From: Podarcis tiliguerta
Taxonomy: Eukaryota
NCBI GenBank assembly: GCA_965153285.1
Contig: OZ229115.1
Length of the DNA: 64,000 nucleotides
Direction: 5' to 3' (one strand)
Positions 50,816 to 63,790 of the stretch are shown one piece after another. The first letter of the stretch is position 1. Each line of letters opens with the position of its first letter. The notes under the pieces were generated by a model. It worked only from the letters and a program-made list of their open reading frames with translations, had not been told where the DNA came from and searched no databases. Made by a program: the position numbers and the translations under genes.

Positions 50816-52214
50816 CCTTCCATCGTTTTTGGAAGCATTTCCGATCATGTGATATATGAATTTGGTTAAATAACTAAATAAAAATGTGGACAGGATTCAA
50901 CAAAAGAAGATTCACTACCAGGGAGTGTAAAAAGTTGACAACCAGAATATGTAACTCCAAATGCTCCAAGTAAACAACTCCAAATGATGCAGGTAAACAA
51001 GCTAAGGTACATGTTTATTTTATTCTGGCAGCTTGGAGGCATGCACGACAACAATCTGAGATTTTTGCAATAAAGACTGAAGGAATGGTGAAAGGTGGCA
51101 ATGATTATGGAGGCACACAAAGGCAAAAGATACGCATTAAACACAAAAATGTCCTTATGGAGTACCAGAATCCAGCACTGATACAATGGCAATTCCTCAC
51201 CTAATCCCAAAGACACAGGCTATATAGATATGACCTAAGGGATCACTTGGCCATCTGTACGGACACTGATCCATCACATATGAGAAACTCACCTTCACCA
51301 ATCAAGTGACCTTCAGACATTTTGGACTACAACTCTCCTCAGTCCCAACCAGCACAGGTGGCTGGGATTGGTGGAAATTGCAGTCCAAAACATCTGGATG
51401 ACATCAGGTCAGGGAAGGCTTGACTTGCCCACAAAGGTAACTCTGTGTTGCAGATTTAGGGCCAGATGCTCTAACACCAAAAAAAGATGTCGAGAAAGTT
51501 GTAGGGATAAATAATGTATATTTAGGCCAATGAAATTCTGAATTTTCTCATACTGATGCTTTAAAGGAAATTAAGCCCTGCTAAATCTCTGCAACAAGGT
51601 CAATCTATGGTGGCTTCAAAGAGGGCTCAGATACAGACCGTTCTGCTAACACAAATACAAAAAAGTAATTATTTTGTCAAAAAAAAAGAGCAACACCATT
51701 TCTTTCCACATTGGGGTCAGTTCAGCCCCAATTTTTCAAGTTAGCACTAGTAATCAGACCAAGCAAGTAAATGCTCAAGAATCCTTCTCAATGCTGAATG
51801 GAATAAGCATGGATTCTCTCTGGGAGCATGCCCTCTTATGACTTGTAGAAATTCACGTGTGATTGAAAGCCAAGCAGCACAGCTAACAAGTTGTGGATGT
51901 CAGGTTAGCAATGTATATGTCAAGTGCACAACCTTTTTCTTGTAATATAACCGGCATCACTCTGCTAGAGAGGCAAAGATCGGGTCACATGATCCCCAGT
52001 GCTTTCTGTCTGTCCAGATATTACTGATAAACAGGGATAAGTGGCTTTTATGTACATGCACTCAATTAAGGAACATAATAACGCACTGTAGTTGAACAGA
52101 TTCAAAATGGTTGTGGGATCTCCTGCTGGCCACTAAGTCTCAAATCCTTCTTCACACTGGGTGTGAATGAGAGGATCACAAAGGAAGTACATTTTCACAT
52201 GCCACATGGAGTAT

Positions 52215-52467
52215 GCCATGAATGGCTTTAAAAGGAGGTTAGTCAAATTCATGGAGGATAAAGCTATCAAGGACTCTAAGTCTTGATGGCTATATACTGC
52301 CTACAGGATCAGAGGAAGAATACAGAACACAAGTTGCTGAGGAACAGAAGCAGAGGAGGACCCTTGCTTTCATGTCCATGAGTTTCGGCTTGACTAGTGT
52401 GGAAAACAGGAAGCTCAGCTAGATTGGCTTTTGGTCTGATCCTGCAAGGCTCTTATTATGTTCTTAA
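52215..52467 (+). mobile_element. CR1 LINE 3' end
   Basis: atggctttaaaaggaggttagtcaaattcatggaggataaagctatc...ggtctgatcc...ttatgttctta. Confidence 0.8.
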
Positions 52468-53421
52468 CCCCTTCACATCAGTATAATGCCAGGCACCTTG
52501 TGTAGTTCAATAATACAAAATTGTGGCAGACCAAGTCAGGGAGTTACAAAGACATGGAGCTGTATCAGTTCCTCCAGTATTAAGTTGTATTGCTGTTGAC
52601 TGAAGTGAAGTGCTGTAGCTGATTTTCTATAGAAGGTGTCTAGGAAAAGAGAGCTCTTGGCTAATAAGGCCTCAAACAATGCAGACTAAAATATATGTCA
52701 ACATCACAACTATTGTTTTAATTTAATTTTGATGTACAGAAGCTGATCTCTTTCAATATGAAAGTAGAGAAAGACCATCCCCTTTTAAACCTGCTGACAG
52801 TCTTATTGGGGGGGGGGGGGATAAAAATGAACCCTATACATTCATCTTTTCTCAAGCAAGAAATACAAAGTTCCTTGCTCTTCAAGTTAGTCATCATTTC
52901 TGAAAGAAAGGATCTTCAAACAGACAGTAATGTGGTTCAAGTTCAAGAAAAAATGCACCTGCCATTATCCTGCACTCCGTCTCTTTACAATATGGACTAT
53001 TTAGACAGGGGGGAAATGCTGAGATGCAGGAATGCATCAAAGCGTGCAACTTCTAGGGATACGCGGGGACCTCAGCATCTTGTGTATCTGACCAAGGAAA
53101 TGATGGGTGCCACCTTTACTCCTAAATGTGGCATGCTCCATAATGTCCCCTCCAAGATGGCTAAGTGCTGGCACAGAGGCAGAGGGAGAGAGTGACAGGT
53201 ATGATATGACCATCACTAGACATGTATCAGTACCACACCATTTGAAGACACTTTACTTCCAAAAGGGGTGTGCTACAGGATACAGGAGAAATGGTAGCAC
53301 ACACTTCCCTTTACTTCTCCAAAATAAGGAAGACACATGAAAATCCTAACGCAGGAGGAAATATTGAGAAGCGGCAAGAGTGCTCATAGCATGAATGCAT
53401 AATCCTCCATCCCATACTCAC

Positions 53422-53513
53422 ATTACTTTCAAGTCCCAGTCTCCACAGGTTACAAAAATCGACTTGACGCTGGGATCCAAGAGGCCTTCCTTTGCCATCC
53501 ACTCATCGACCCT
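53422..53513 (-). CDS. ERI3: ERI3 coding exon (RVDEWMAKEGLLDPSVKSIFVTCGDWDLKV+AT), phase 0/2; contains the Exo II aspartate region (GDWDL)
   Basis: Acceptor ctgtttctttcag|AGG, donor AAT|gtgagt; 92 nt; the split ATG is completed by the first G of the next exon. Confidence 0.96.
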
Positions 53514-54504
53514 CTGAAAGAAACAGATGAGCTTTCTGAGACATGGAAAAGAGACACAACAGTTAAATGCTGATAAGCCTCACAATCACAAGAGAAGAAA
53601 ATTGTGATCTTATCCGACACGGCTGTCCCCCCCTCCCATCTCATTCTGTGCCCCTCCTCATCTCTATGAAAGTATGCTTGGACCTTTGAAGATTTCTGAT
53701 AGGAGACATCAAGCGGCCAGAGAAGGGGTGATCTTATCAGGAATCACAACACTTCTGCTTACAGAATGGCCGTCACATTTTAATATTACTTGGCCATTTC
53801 CTGTGTGTCTTGAATAGCCTTCCCCACACCATAAAACAGATAGCTTATTAAATCAACAGTTACAAAAGGTCCTTTTTCAACATACCCTAAGCAATTGCTT
53901 ACAGAATCATGTTTGGATCTGAACAAGCTTGAGGAGACCCATCAAGCAATCAAATGTGGAATAGCGGAGTACAAAAAGAAGGGTTTGTATCCAAATCAGT
54001 AGAGAGTGAGAAAGCCTTGCAAATAAATAACCTTGTAAACACAATTATTCCACTGTTTTATTATTCTAACAAATATCAACTTATTCTCTGTAATAGACAG
54101 GTGTAAGGACACATTTTCCTCTTTCCAGAAGCAGAAAAGTGGTACAAGAATATGAAACAAGGACAGCAGATAGGGCACAGGGATCAAAAGGGGCTGACAA
54201 AATGGGAACAGGCTATATAGTAGGAGCACTGGAAAGACACAAGGAACCATGCAGGGCATTAAAATAACAGGTACTTTCACTATATTGTTTTCTGTGCCTG
54301 CTTAAAAAAACCTGTGTTTCATTATGCTCAACACGAATTTAATTTTAACATGCAATTTTAACAGGTGATTTTAGTACACATAATTGTTTTAAAATTACTG
54401 ATTTTGTAATGTAGCTTGTTTTTAATGTTTGTCTCTTGTTAATAACTTGGAGGTATTTTGCTTGAGTGGTGTACAAATTTCATTAAATGAACGAATACCA
54501 AAAA

Positions 54505-54650
54505 AAAAGACCCCAGGTACATTCTTGACACCTCCAGACACCTCCAGGTAGCAAAGACTCCTGTCTGAAACCCTGCAGAGCCACTGCCAGTCATTTTAGG
54601 CAATAGTGATCTAGATTGTCCAGGGGTCTGACTAAATATAGGACAGATTC
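54505..54650 (+). mobile_element. Squam3-type SINE, 5'-degraded
   Basis: aaagactcctgtctgaaaccctgcagagccactgccagtca...ctagat...ggtctgact. Confidence 0.65.
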
Positions 54651-55726
54651 TCATTTTCTCAGCAGGGTGTATCAATCCTTTGCTGGAGCTGCAATTCTTC
54701 AAGTGCCAATGTTACTCAGTAGCTCCACCCTTCTGGATATAATTGTAAAATATAATTGTTTCATACTGAGCACCCTATGCAAATTTTTTCACTTGCCTTA
54801 TATTTAATGGGACTTCAGGGTCTCGCTGGTGGCCCTAACCACAGAAAGGAGACCCAAAGAGTAGTAAACTATGAAGGTTCATTCCACCTGTCAGGGGAGG
54901 TTTTTGAGCAAAGAGCAGAAGAAAAGTCTTCTTATCCGGGCCAGCTGAGGCTGCTTCTAATGCAGTCAGGAGGAAGACTCACAACTGAATAGCATCCAGG
55001 GATTCATAGCTGTCCCCTTTCGCCTCACTCAGGCAATTTCAAGCTACCCCTGAAGCAAGAGAGCACAACTTTAACCTCTAATCAGATTTCCTTACACTAG
55101 CTGTGGTTACAATTGTTTTGATTAAGAACCATTAGGCACAAATCCTGATGGGAGCAACACATCGAGCTGCAGTCAGAATAGGCTCTCCCTCCTGGAGGAC
55201 TCCATCCATAGATGCCAAACAACAAAAGCTATTGATTGTAAAAGTACTTTCAGCTAATTAAGCCTTAAATGCGGCAGGAATTCAACATTAAGCAGATGGC
55301 ACTGTTAAGATTATCTCCTGCATTCAGGACCCTCACAGACAAGATTTCATGGGCACTATTCTTTCTGTTTATTACTGAGCATTTAAGTAGATATGTCCAT
55401 TAATTTAGCATCTCTCATGCAGTTGTCTTAATGCAACATTGCTGACCCCTGAAGACCATCTCCTGTAAGAGAGTCCCCCCAACACACACCTCCCCTCATG
55501 ACTTCTGGCAGGAGTCTGGACATGCTGTCAGTACCTTTGACAAGAACAGCTGGAAATGACAGATCAATGGTTCAATATTCTCAACAGCATGTCACTGATG
55601 TGACAGCAAATGTTATTCTAATGAAGCTGTAATCATAGTCAAATTACGTGGTTCAATACACAGGAAGAGGAAGGGGGAAGGGAAAGGAGGTGTCAGAGGT
55701 CAGGAACTAAAGGTTATTAGGCTTAC

Positions 55727-55786
55727 CTCAAGCACTTGCTGGAGACTGGGCTGCCCATCCACCATGGCTTGAATAATTCCAGTCAG
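55727..55786 (-). CDS. ERI3: ERI3 coding exon (LTGIIQAMVDGQPSLQQVLE), phase 0/0
   Basis: Branch-like ctgat, long pyrimidine tract, tttcag|CTG acceptor, donor GAG|gtaagc; 60 nt; continues the FCTE-LTGI motif of ERI1-family nucleases. Confidence 0.96.
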
Positions 55787-56580
55787 CTGAAACAAAGGAA
55801 ATGGAGAAAACAAAAACAAAGAAATCAGTGATAACACTAAAAAGAATGGATTTTTCCCCTGCTCTTCTCACTGATACTTCAAAATACTGCTGTGCTGCAT
55901 ATAGATAGTACCAAAGCACGAGCACTCATAGAAATCCAGATGAGAGATCTGCCCGGAGCAAGAAAGAATACTGTTCTAAGCTTCACACTCAGCTAAATTT
56001 GAGATTTTAAAGGGAAATAGCTTATTGGAGACCCAAACACAACAGTTATCCCAGTTATAACAGGAACGGTCTTTGGTTAGAACAGCATTTTCTCTCAGCT
56101 GAGATTTATTTGAGGCCTGTATCTTTGTCTTGCAGGCTGGGGCTCCGGCTCACCAGTCTGATCTATCAAAATTCATAGAACTAAAATTATTCCTTGCCCA
56201 GGCACAATCAATCTTGCCCACATCTCTTCTCTTCTTGTGCACAATAATTTAGCCAATACAGCTGACATATTCATGGGGATGAGTCAGGAGGATCCTCCTC
56301 TTTCAATTCAAGGTGTTGGACTAGATGACATCCATGCTTCCTTTCCAGAGCCACATTTCAGTGATTCTATGAACCTGTTCAAGATGTATGTTCAGTGTCC
56401 TCCTCAATGTGCCAACTGCTAAGCGCAGTTGGTGGATGAGAGAGAGCCTTTTCAGCTGTGGCATCGAAACTGTGGAACAGATCCACATGCATGTTCATGC
56501 ACTCTCTCAGCCTCAAACTGTGATTTTGAACAAGTCAGTGTCTCTTACTTACACTCTAGTTCACTTCTCATACAGTAGGG

Positions 56581-57098
56581 CAGGGGTTTTCAAGCTTTTT
56601 GAGTCCATGGCTCCCTTGACCAAGTACATTCTTTCTGCGGCACCCCTGTGGGGCTCATGAGCCAAGTTATGTCACCCCTTGCCTGCAAAGCTGGTAGCCT
56701 CTCACCCTTTTTCGAACACCCTCCCTTGTGGTGTGTTCCCTCAGCCTCCTCCCCTCTCCCCTCTCCTTGGGAGTCCTATGGGCAGCCACAGCTGCCATAC
56801 CTGGTCTCTGAGCTGCCCCGCCTGCCCCAAAGAGAGGTGCCTCCTCACACTGCCCCACATAGGCCTGGGAAGTACCCCCTCACCAGCCGCGAGGCACCAT
56901 TCGCCTGCGGAGTTTGTAGCCAGGGCTGCTGCAACAAACACCTGTGCAAGCCTTTGGAAGGCAGAGACGCAAGAGGGCATCAGAGGAGGGAGGGAGGGAA
57001 GGAAGGAAAGAAGGACGGAAGCCAGTGTTGCCCACGGCACCCCTCACTATCATTCAGGGCACCCCAGGGTGCCACAGCACACTGGTTGAAAACTACTG
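56581..57098. mobile_element. hAT (Charlie-like) non-autonomous element (518 bp)
   Basis: TIRs CAGGGGTTTTCAA / TTGAAAACTACTG; 8-bp TSD CAGTAGGG/CTTTAGGG (6/8); gcggcacccc-type subterminal motifs. Confidence 0.8.
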
Positions 57099-58210
57099 CT
57101 TTAGGGAATGGAAGAGAAGAGACGACAGCCTTGCTATTGGTCACAGAAGAACAGTTGTCATGTAATGATACAATGATATCAGGACCAACAGAGCTATATG
57201 AATACTTTCTCCAGAGTATCAAATATTTACCTTAGGGGAGCCCTGCAGTTGGTGCTCTAGTTTAATAGAATAAGTAAAACGCCTGCCATTTTAGTGTGCA
57301 AGTTCTTTTAGTGCCATTCCTACTGCATCCCTTATTTACATTTTACAGCCCAAGGTGTCTTTGGACACTCCCATACACTAGTGATTAACACAAGAGAAAA
57401 GGACCATAAATAGATAAATAAAATAAACCTCTCCGGAAAAGCGAGGTGCTCAGGGCATCAGTGGTGCTGCTTTCCATGGAATGGAGGAGTAAGTATCAAA
57501 CATTATCAGACAGGAATACAAAGCTATCGTTCCAATTTTATAGACATTTGCAAATTTAATTTGAGAAGAATACTTTGCATTTTTAAAAAGCGCAAAGACA
57601 TCATTCTCAGTACTCTTCTTATACTTACACTGTTATTTCAAGAAGATTACCCATGGGTCTACATTAAGCCTGAAGCAAATAAGGTTGTGTTCAATGCTGC
57701 TGTTCCACTTGCACAGCAGACTTCCACTTATGCAAGGAAACTTCCCCCTCCTCTCCCCTGCAGCCCCAACTACCTCAAATCTGCTCCAGAAGGTTGGAGG
57801 GCCTTCGCAAGCTGATTTTGGGCGTGCACAAGGAGAGGCATGGAAGGGGAAGTCCTGCTGTTCACTTGCAGAGTATTGACTACAACTCAATAGCAGTGAT
57901 AGCCTAGAGTGAAAGGGTGGGGTGATCATTTTGCTTAACAAAATACACCAAACTGATGACAAAAACACAGAGGTTAGTTAGTCCCAGGCCTCTGTTCTGA
58001 TACAGGAAACCCTAATCCTTATGTACCATTGGGAGATGCTTAATAATAAAAACTCCATACACAAACCCTTCACAACTTCCCTCCCCGCATCCCACCAGGG
58101 TGATCTACCACCATGTGCCCTGTGGGAAGGATTCCAGGAGTAGAAGGAAGGCTGCTGCAGCTGGACTATTTCCTTCCCACAGGATCCTGATGGGTTTTTA
58201 ATAGTATTGT

Positions 58211-58671
58211 TGTCAGGGGTTCAGGAGAAGAGTCACTGGAGAGGCAGGAAACGGAGAGCGAGGGGGAGGAGTCNNNNNNNNNNNNNNNNNNNNNNNNNNN
58301 NNNNNNNNNNNNNNNNNNNNNNNNNNNNNNNNNNNNNNNNNNNNNNNNNNNNNNNNNNNNNNNNNNNNNNNNNNNNNNNNNNNNNNNNNNNNNNNNNNNN
58401 NNNNNNNNNNNNNNNNNNNNNNNNNNNNNNNNNNNNNNNNNNNNNNNNNNNNNNNNNNNNNNNNNNNNNNNNNAGGTGGAGTAAGATTAGAGTTTTAAGC
58501 TGGTGCACAGGGGGCGGAGATCCAGATAGAGCTTCGCCGGTCTAAAGCTCAGACGTAGAGCTGGGACGCTGAGACTTGTAAATGGAGACTATTCTTCAAT
58601 AAAGACTTTGATACTGTACTACCGGCTAGCGTTGGTCCTTGGTGAGCTGGGACCCGGAGCCAGCTCTGACA
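58211..58671 (+). mobile_element. LTR (Gypsy-like) interrupted by a 200-N gap
   Basis: TGTCAG...CTGACA termini; perfect 5-bp TSD ATTGT at 58206-58210 and 58672-58676; AATAAA at 58598-58603. Confidence 0.85.
58274..58473. other. Assembly gap (200 N)
   Basis: Run of N. Confidence 1.
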
Positions 58672-59423
58672 ATTGTTTATTGTATTTTTAAAGTATGTAA
58701 TTGAATGTTACTTGTAAGCAGACTTGGTAGGATTTATATCTCAAAAGGGAAAATACAAATAATTTAAATAAATAACACTAAATAAACACACAATTTGACA
58801 CTTTTTAGTAGATTTATAATGGGGAAATTTCTTTCTATAACCAAATCTATTTAGCAAGCAGCTTTATTGTGAAAGGCAGATAACCTGCACCCCACAAAAG
58901 CCAGATTGTCACTGAACCTCTATTCTAAGAATTAAGCAAAGGCCAGACTTGCATTTGTATTTCTTTTTTGCTGTAAAACTTCTGTTTCCCTCTTACAGTG
59001 CACAACATTCTTCTCTATCCCCATTTATTCTTTTTGGTTTAATGCAACTAAATGTAAAGTGGTTTGAGTCTATAGTGGGGATACATAAGGCAAGTGAACT
59101 GGTCAGTCTTTAGGATGGGGAACCTGTGGTCCACCCAATATTGTTGGACTCCATCAGCCCCAGCCAGCACTTTCAGTCCTGTTTCCCAACTGAAACCAAG
59201 CCCAGGTACATGAAACTTCATTTTGACTCTCCCTCTTCTATTGCCTCAAATATTCAAAATTTAGACTGTAGACTCCTCAGGGATGTGTGTCTTGCCATTT
59301 CTTTATGTTGTAAGTGCCACTGTTGGTGCTATACAAATAATAAATAATGTTAGATAGAAAACATGGTGCAGCACCAGCAAGCAAGATTCCACGCTTGTGT
59401 TTCTTTGGCTGGCTATCATTGGA

Positions 59424-59451
<28 letters not shown>
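59424..59451. repeat. (GT)n microsatellite
   Basis: Directly visible. Confidence 0.95.
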
Positions 59452-59454
<3 letters not shown>

Positions 59455-62400
59455 GATTAAACTCCAATTAAACTGTAATTGAATCTAATGAATACCAAAT
59501 ACCTGACTAGCTGAATAAGCAGCTCATAATGGAAAATTATTTTCTTGCAGTAACATCCCTAGAATGGTAACATATACCTTTTAGGGGAAATTTTTAATTT
59601 TCAGAATGCAACGTTCCTCTAGGTGGACTCCTGAAGTTCATCAAGTCATTATTAGGTGGAATTTTAAGAAGAGAGGCTGCATTCTTGAAACTGTTTTAAT
59701 ATTAATCCATAGTTTAATTAGGTAATAGCAGCTGCCTACAGGCTTCACATCCTCTTGAAAAGGAAAATAAGTGTGTATGTTAACCGTTCTATGCCTCTTT
59801 CGTTCCTTTTCCATGTTATGAGAGAAAAAATTTCCCTAACAACTAAAAATGGACTGCAAAGAAGAGAGCGACATGGACCAGAATCCAAATCTATTCTGTA
59901 TATGGCATGGCTGTTCCTGCAAGTCCAGTTGAGATGTCTATTACAACATGTTCCCATATTTTCTGGTATCAATTTCAGTTTATGCACCCTGATGATGTGA
60001 ACAGTTTCTTGCTCTCTTGACTCCTGTCCATTCTGGTTGGTGAAAGCCAGCTGAGGGTGGGGCCTGACCAGGTAGGTCAGGGTGTGGTGAACACATCTTT
60101 GCACAATGGAGTGGTGCCTGCTGCCCTTAAACAAGCAGTAGTCCATCCACCCATAGAGAAGCCCACTCTGGACCCTGCAGTTCACAGTAACTATCTCCCG
60201 GTCATGAATGCCCCCTCATGGACAAGGCAGTAGTGATAGTGGTGGTGGTACAACTGTAGGAGTTCCTGGAAGAGACAATCTATTTGAAATTGGCTCTAGG
60301 AATCCCACAAGAATCCCTCTTTCTGTCTTGTGATTACCACCAGTATGTTTCAGCTGAAAATATGAAAAAACAAATAGTTCATGCTCAGGTTTATGCTTCC
60401 CTGACCCCAGGCTAAGAAGAAAACACCTATGGTCTGCCCACCTGGCTTTAATAGTAGCCAGAATTTGAGCACTTTACACCGCAGGCCATTGTAGCCAGGG
60501 CTACATACAGTGTAGTATGGAAAAAAGAAACTATGTAAGTTGGTCCATGTCTTCTAGCTCCCTCTGTTGACAAAGTATTTCTGGCCCTGTGGGCTAGATT
60601 ATCTAGGGAAAAAACCAGCATTAGCCCAGACTCACAATTCTGTTTAATTCCACATCAGTAAAATAGATCTCATGGTGCTCCAGGCAACAAGTCACATTTT
60701 TCAGAGAACTCCACAGAAATTTGGATAAAGGTGTGCAATTAGTCCATTTGCCACATATGCTTCCCTTTGCCTTGGCAAGCCCTGCAGCTTTCCCTTGTGG
60801 AAATGGCAAAGACAGAAGAGGGCAGCACACCAGATACACTTCAAGACAATGTCAACAGCATGGATTTTCCTCTGGTGTTTATCTCGTACACCATCGTATT
60901 TCTAGCTTGAGACAGTTTGCTGATTACATAAGCACTTGTCTCTGGCGTACCATCAGATAATCGGACCTGGCCTTTCTGTGCAGACAAAAAGACCTATAAA
61001 GCTTACTGTCTATAAGTAGAGGTGCAGAGACAAAGCCTTTTACCAGCATTTAGCAAAATCAGTGCTTTGGGGAAAGCATAGAGGAGGGTTGCCGTTCACA
61101 GCTATTTAGACAAAAGCTTACAATAAGAGGTGAGAGAGAGGATACACAGGGGAACAGAAGAATAAGGGGCTCATTAGGTGACCCAAGAGCTGTGTAGCCT
61201 GCTGCCCATGCTATCATTCACCACACTAGACACTACCATGACAGCTAGAAATGCTGGCAGAAGATGGGAAAGGATTTAAACACCCTTGAATGTCATACAA
61301 GAGGGAGACGTTGGGCCACGTTCACCTTGTCCCATCATAGTAACAAGCAAAGACATGACGTGCACCTGTTGAAATGATTCCATGCATGCATCTGCTCAGT
61401 GACAATAAATGCCACATTTTGTATGGAAAATAGCAAGCAGAATTTCTTCTTACATTAGAGCAATAGCCTCCACTTTCCCCCATAACATTTCCCACTGCTC
61501 TTTTTGATACAGAAGTTGATCTAGGTATCAGGATCCCAGCAATGAATAGATTATGAACATAATGTAATTTGTCTTGAAGATTTCACTGTACCACAAGTTC
61601 TTTTCTTCCCATTTTAAAACTAGGAAATAACTAGGTTATTTTGGCGAGGAAGCCAATACACCGGACTTACCAGCAAAGTTTTAGCATTATATGAATAAGC
61701 CAGGAGAGTTGATGGCATACACTCTCCTCTCTTCCTTTCATGTGTAGCAATTCCCTCTCCCTTTCCTAATTTGCAGCAAACCGTAATCCAGGGTTTAATT
61801 TTTTTAAACATTATTTTTACTCTTTAAAAATGCTCCAAGAAAGGAGAGGGGGAAAGTGGATTCATGATTGGCACAAGGGCCAGCCAATCAATGCAATGCA
61901 AACCCAGCTTCTGTTGAACATCAGGAAAACAGTTTCCCCTGAGTTTAGTTTGGAGCAAATGATTTTACACGCACTTCAGAGTGGGCTTATTGGTAAAATT
62001 ATGTACATCTAGATGCATCCTAAATTTGGCAGCCATATTTAATCAATGCACAAACTACTTCCTGCTGAACTGAAGTTTTTGCATAGGAACTGGACAGTGG
62101 CACGAAGGCAATAAGGACACCGGGGGCAATATGTTGAACCAGTGTCAGTGGCTATGGCTGTGCAAGGTACAAATCTGATCCTGCTGAAAGTTGGAATTCC
62201 CAACCAAATTCTCACTAGTTCCAAAGCTTGTACTAGAAACTGCCTAAACATTTTCCACCATTTCTCCATGATGAGGAGAGCTAGAAAATGAGTTACAGTT
62301 ATCAACCTTAGCTTTGTAAAAATCAAACTCCCTAAACTACTTAAATGATACAAGTATCTCAGCAACTAACTAATGCATTCTAGTGCACTAATAAAAACAA

Positions 62401-62527
62401 ACAATACGCTAAGATTTCAGCAACTGCAGGGAAACTAGAAATAACTGCCTGCATTTCAGCAGCTCTCAGAAGGGACTATTCCTAAGCAACAAGAAACATT
62501 CAACTCTAGGAAAAAGAAGTGTTTTAC

Positions 62528-62644
62528 CTCTGTGCAGAAAGGTGTGAGCTGTGGATGGACCACTGGCTGCACATACATATGGAAGGTGGATTCAATCTCC
62601 ATTGTCCGACCATTTAGCTTCAGGATGGGGAACTCAATGATCTC
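62528..62644 (-). CDS. ERI3: ERI3 coding exon (EIIEFPILKLNGRTMEIESTFHMYVQPVVHPQLTPFCTE), phase 0/0; corresponds to mammalian exon 4 as I recall it
   Basis: Acceptor ttttcttattgtag|GAG, donor GAG|gtaaaa; 117 nt open; the EIIEFP and LTPFCTE motifs are typical of ERI1-family DEDDh exonucleases. Confidence 0.96.
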
Positions 62645-63254
62645 CTACAATAAGAAAATTAATACATTAAATGTTACTTTTAAGAAACATTCAGGGAGGT
62701 TAAAAGGCAAGCTACAACTGAAAGGAAAGTACACGTAATATCTGACAAAGAGCAGTAGTCAGGATGGGAACAATGGCTTGAAACCGAAACCGAAGAACTA
62801 CAAGCAGAGTGAAATGAAATGGGGATTTCCTGCCCCCTCCATCCTGCTGAGCCCCCTGCGCCCCTCAAAAAACCACTCAGGAGGGTCACTGAATGCAACA
62901 CAGAAGACTGCAGCAACATGAGCAGAATTCCCTGCTGTTCTGGCTCTGTTGGATGGATCCAAGGCAAAGGGATTTTTCTCAAAGGACCTCATCGCTCTAC
63001 ACATGAGGGCAAATTTAGTCCAATTTCCCTTCTCCAGCACTTATTTTTTGAAGCCACAACACTCTCAAAAATCTTGCACTGAAGCCAACCACACACTGGT
63101 TAGGGCACGTAATTGTGCCTACCATGTGAGCAGGGTAGGCAGCAAAGAAGGCCGATTTTGCTGCTGCCACTTCATCCTCTACTAGTCAGCTGTCACTCTG
63201 CTTTGCAGTAATCTTAATGCCCTAGTTGGTGGAGAACCATATGAGGTGTCTAAT

Positions 63255-63790
63255 GTCACAACTGCCTGGGCTTTGTGGGATCAGCTTCAGTTGATGCAGC
63301 CTGAGGACGTTGACAAGTTGCTTGCGGCTATGCGTCAAAACTGCTTACTTGAGCTCAGTTCCTCAGTGATAATAAAACTTAGCCAGAAGGGCATGGCTAG
63401 GTGGATCCAAGCATGGTGAATGCATGTTAAATGGCAAGGTGGTGTCTGCTGCTGTGAAAGAGGCAGTAGTGTGTCTATGCCTAAAATTGTTCACCCTGCA
63501 CCCACTAGTCTGGCTATCAACTGGTTTCTAATACACCTTTCTTAGGAAGTTGATTGAAAGAGTTATGGTGAGTGCAGCTGCAGGCCTGCTTAGATGAAGC
63601 TGATTATCTAGACCCATTTCAGTCTGGTTTCAGACCTGCTTTTGGGAACGAATCAGCCTTGATCACCCTAATGGATGGCCTTTACTGGGAGAGGGCTAAA
63701 GGGAGTGTGGCATTGCTTCATCAGCTTGATCTCTCTGTTATTTTTATACCATCAACCATGATATTCTCCTGGACTGGCTCCGTGGGATGT
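63255..63790 (+). mobile_element. L2-clade LINE reverse-transcriptase fragment (decayed)
   Basis: QLQACLDEADYLDPFQSGFRPAFGNESALITLMDGL...LDLS matches the RT N-terminal QSGFR/TETAL/LDLSAAFD motifs; a shorter related piece lies near 13820-13950. Confidence 0.9.

Larger units (their letters stand above)
29552..62644 (-). other. ERI3: ERI3 gene, partial span covering four internal coding exons (introns of 6741, 2213 and 23797 bp; the gene continues beyond these exons on both sides)
   Basis: Four GT-AG bounded exons (117+60+92+73 = 342 nt) join in frame without stops into 114 aa that match my recollection of vertebrate ERI3/PRNPIP almost residue for residue. Confidence 0.95.

Noticed and set aside
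56648-57235. Cluster of overlapping ORFs up to 195 aa
   Set aside because: They lie mostly within a GC-rich non-autonomous hAT element and show no transposase motifs.
59745-60185. 146-aa minus-strand ORF
   Set aside because: GTG start, no homology I recognise, no convincing splice boundaries, and the flanking ERI3 exons join without it.
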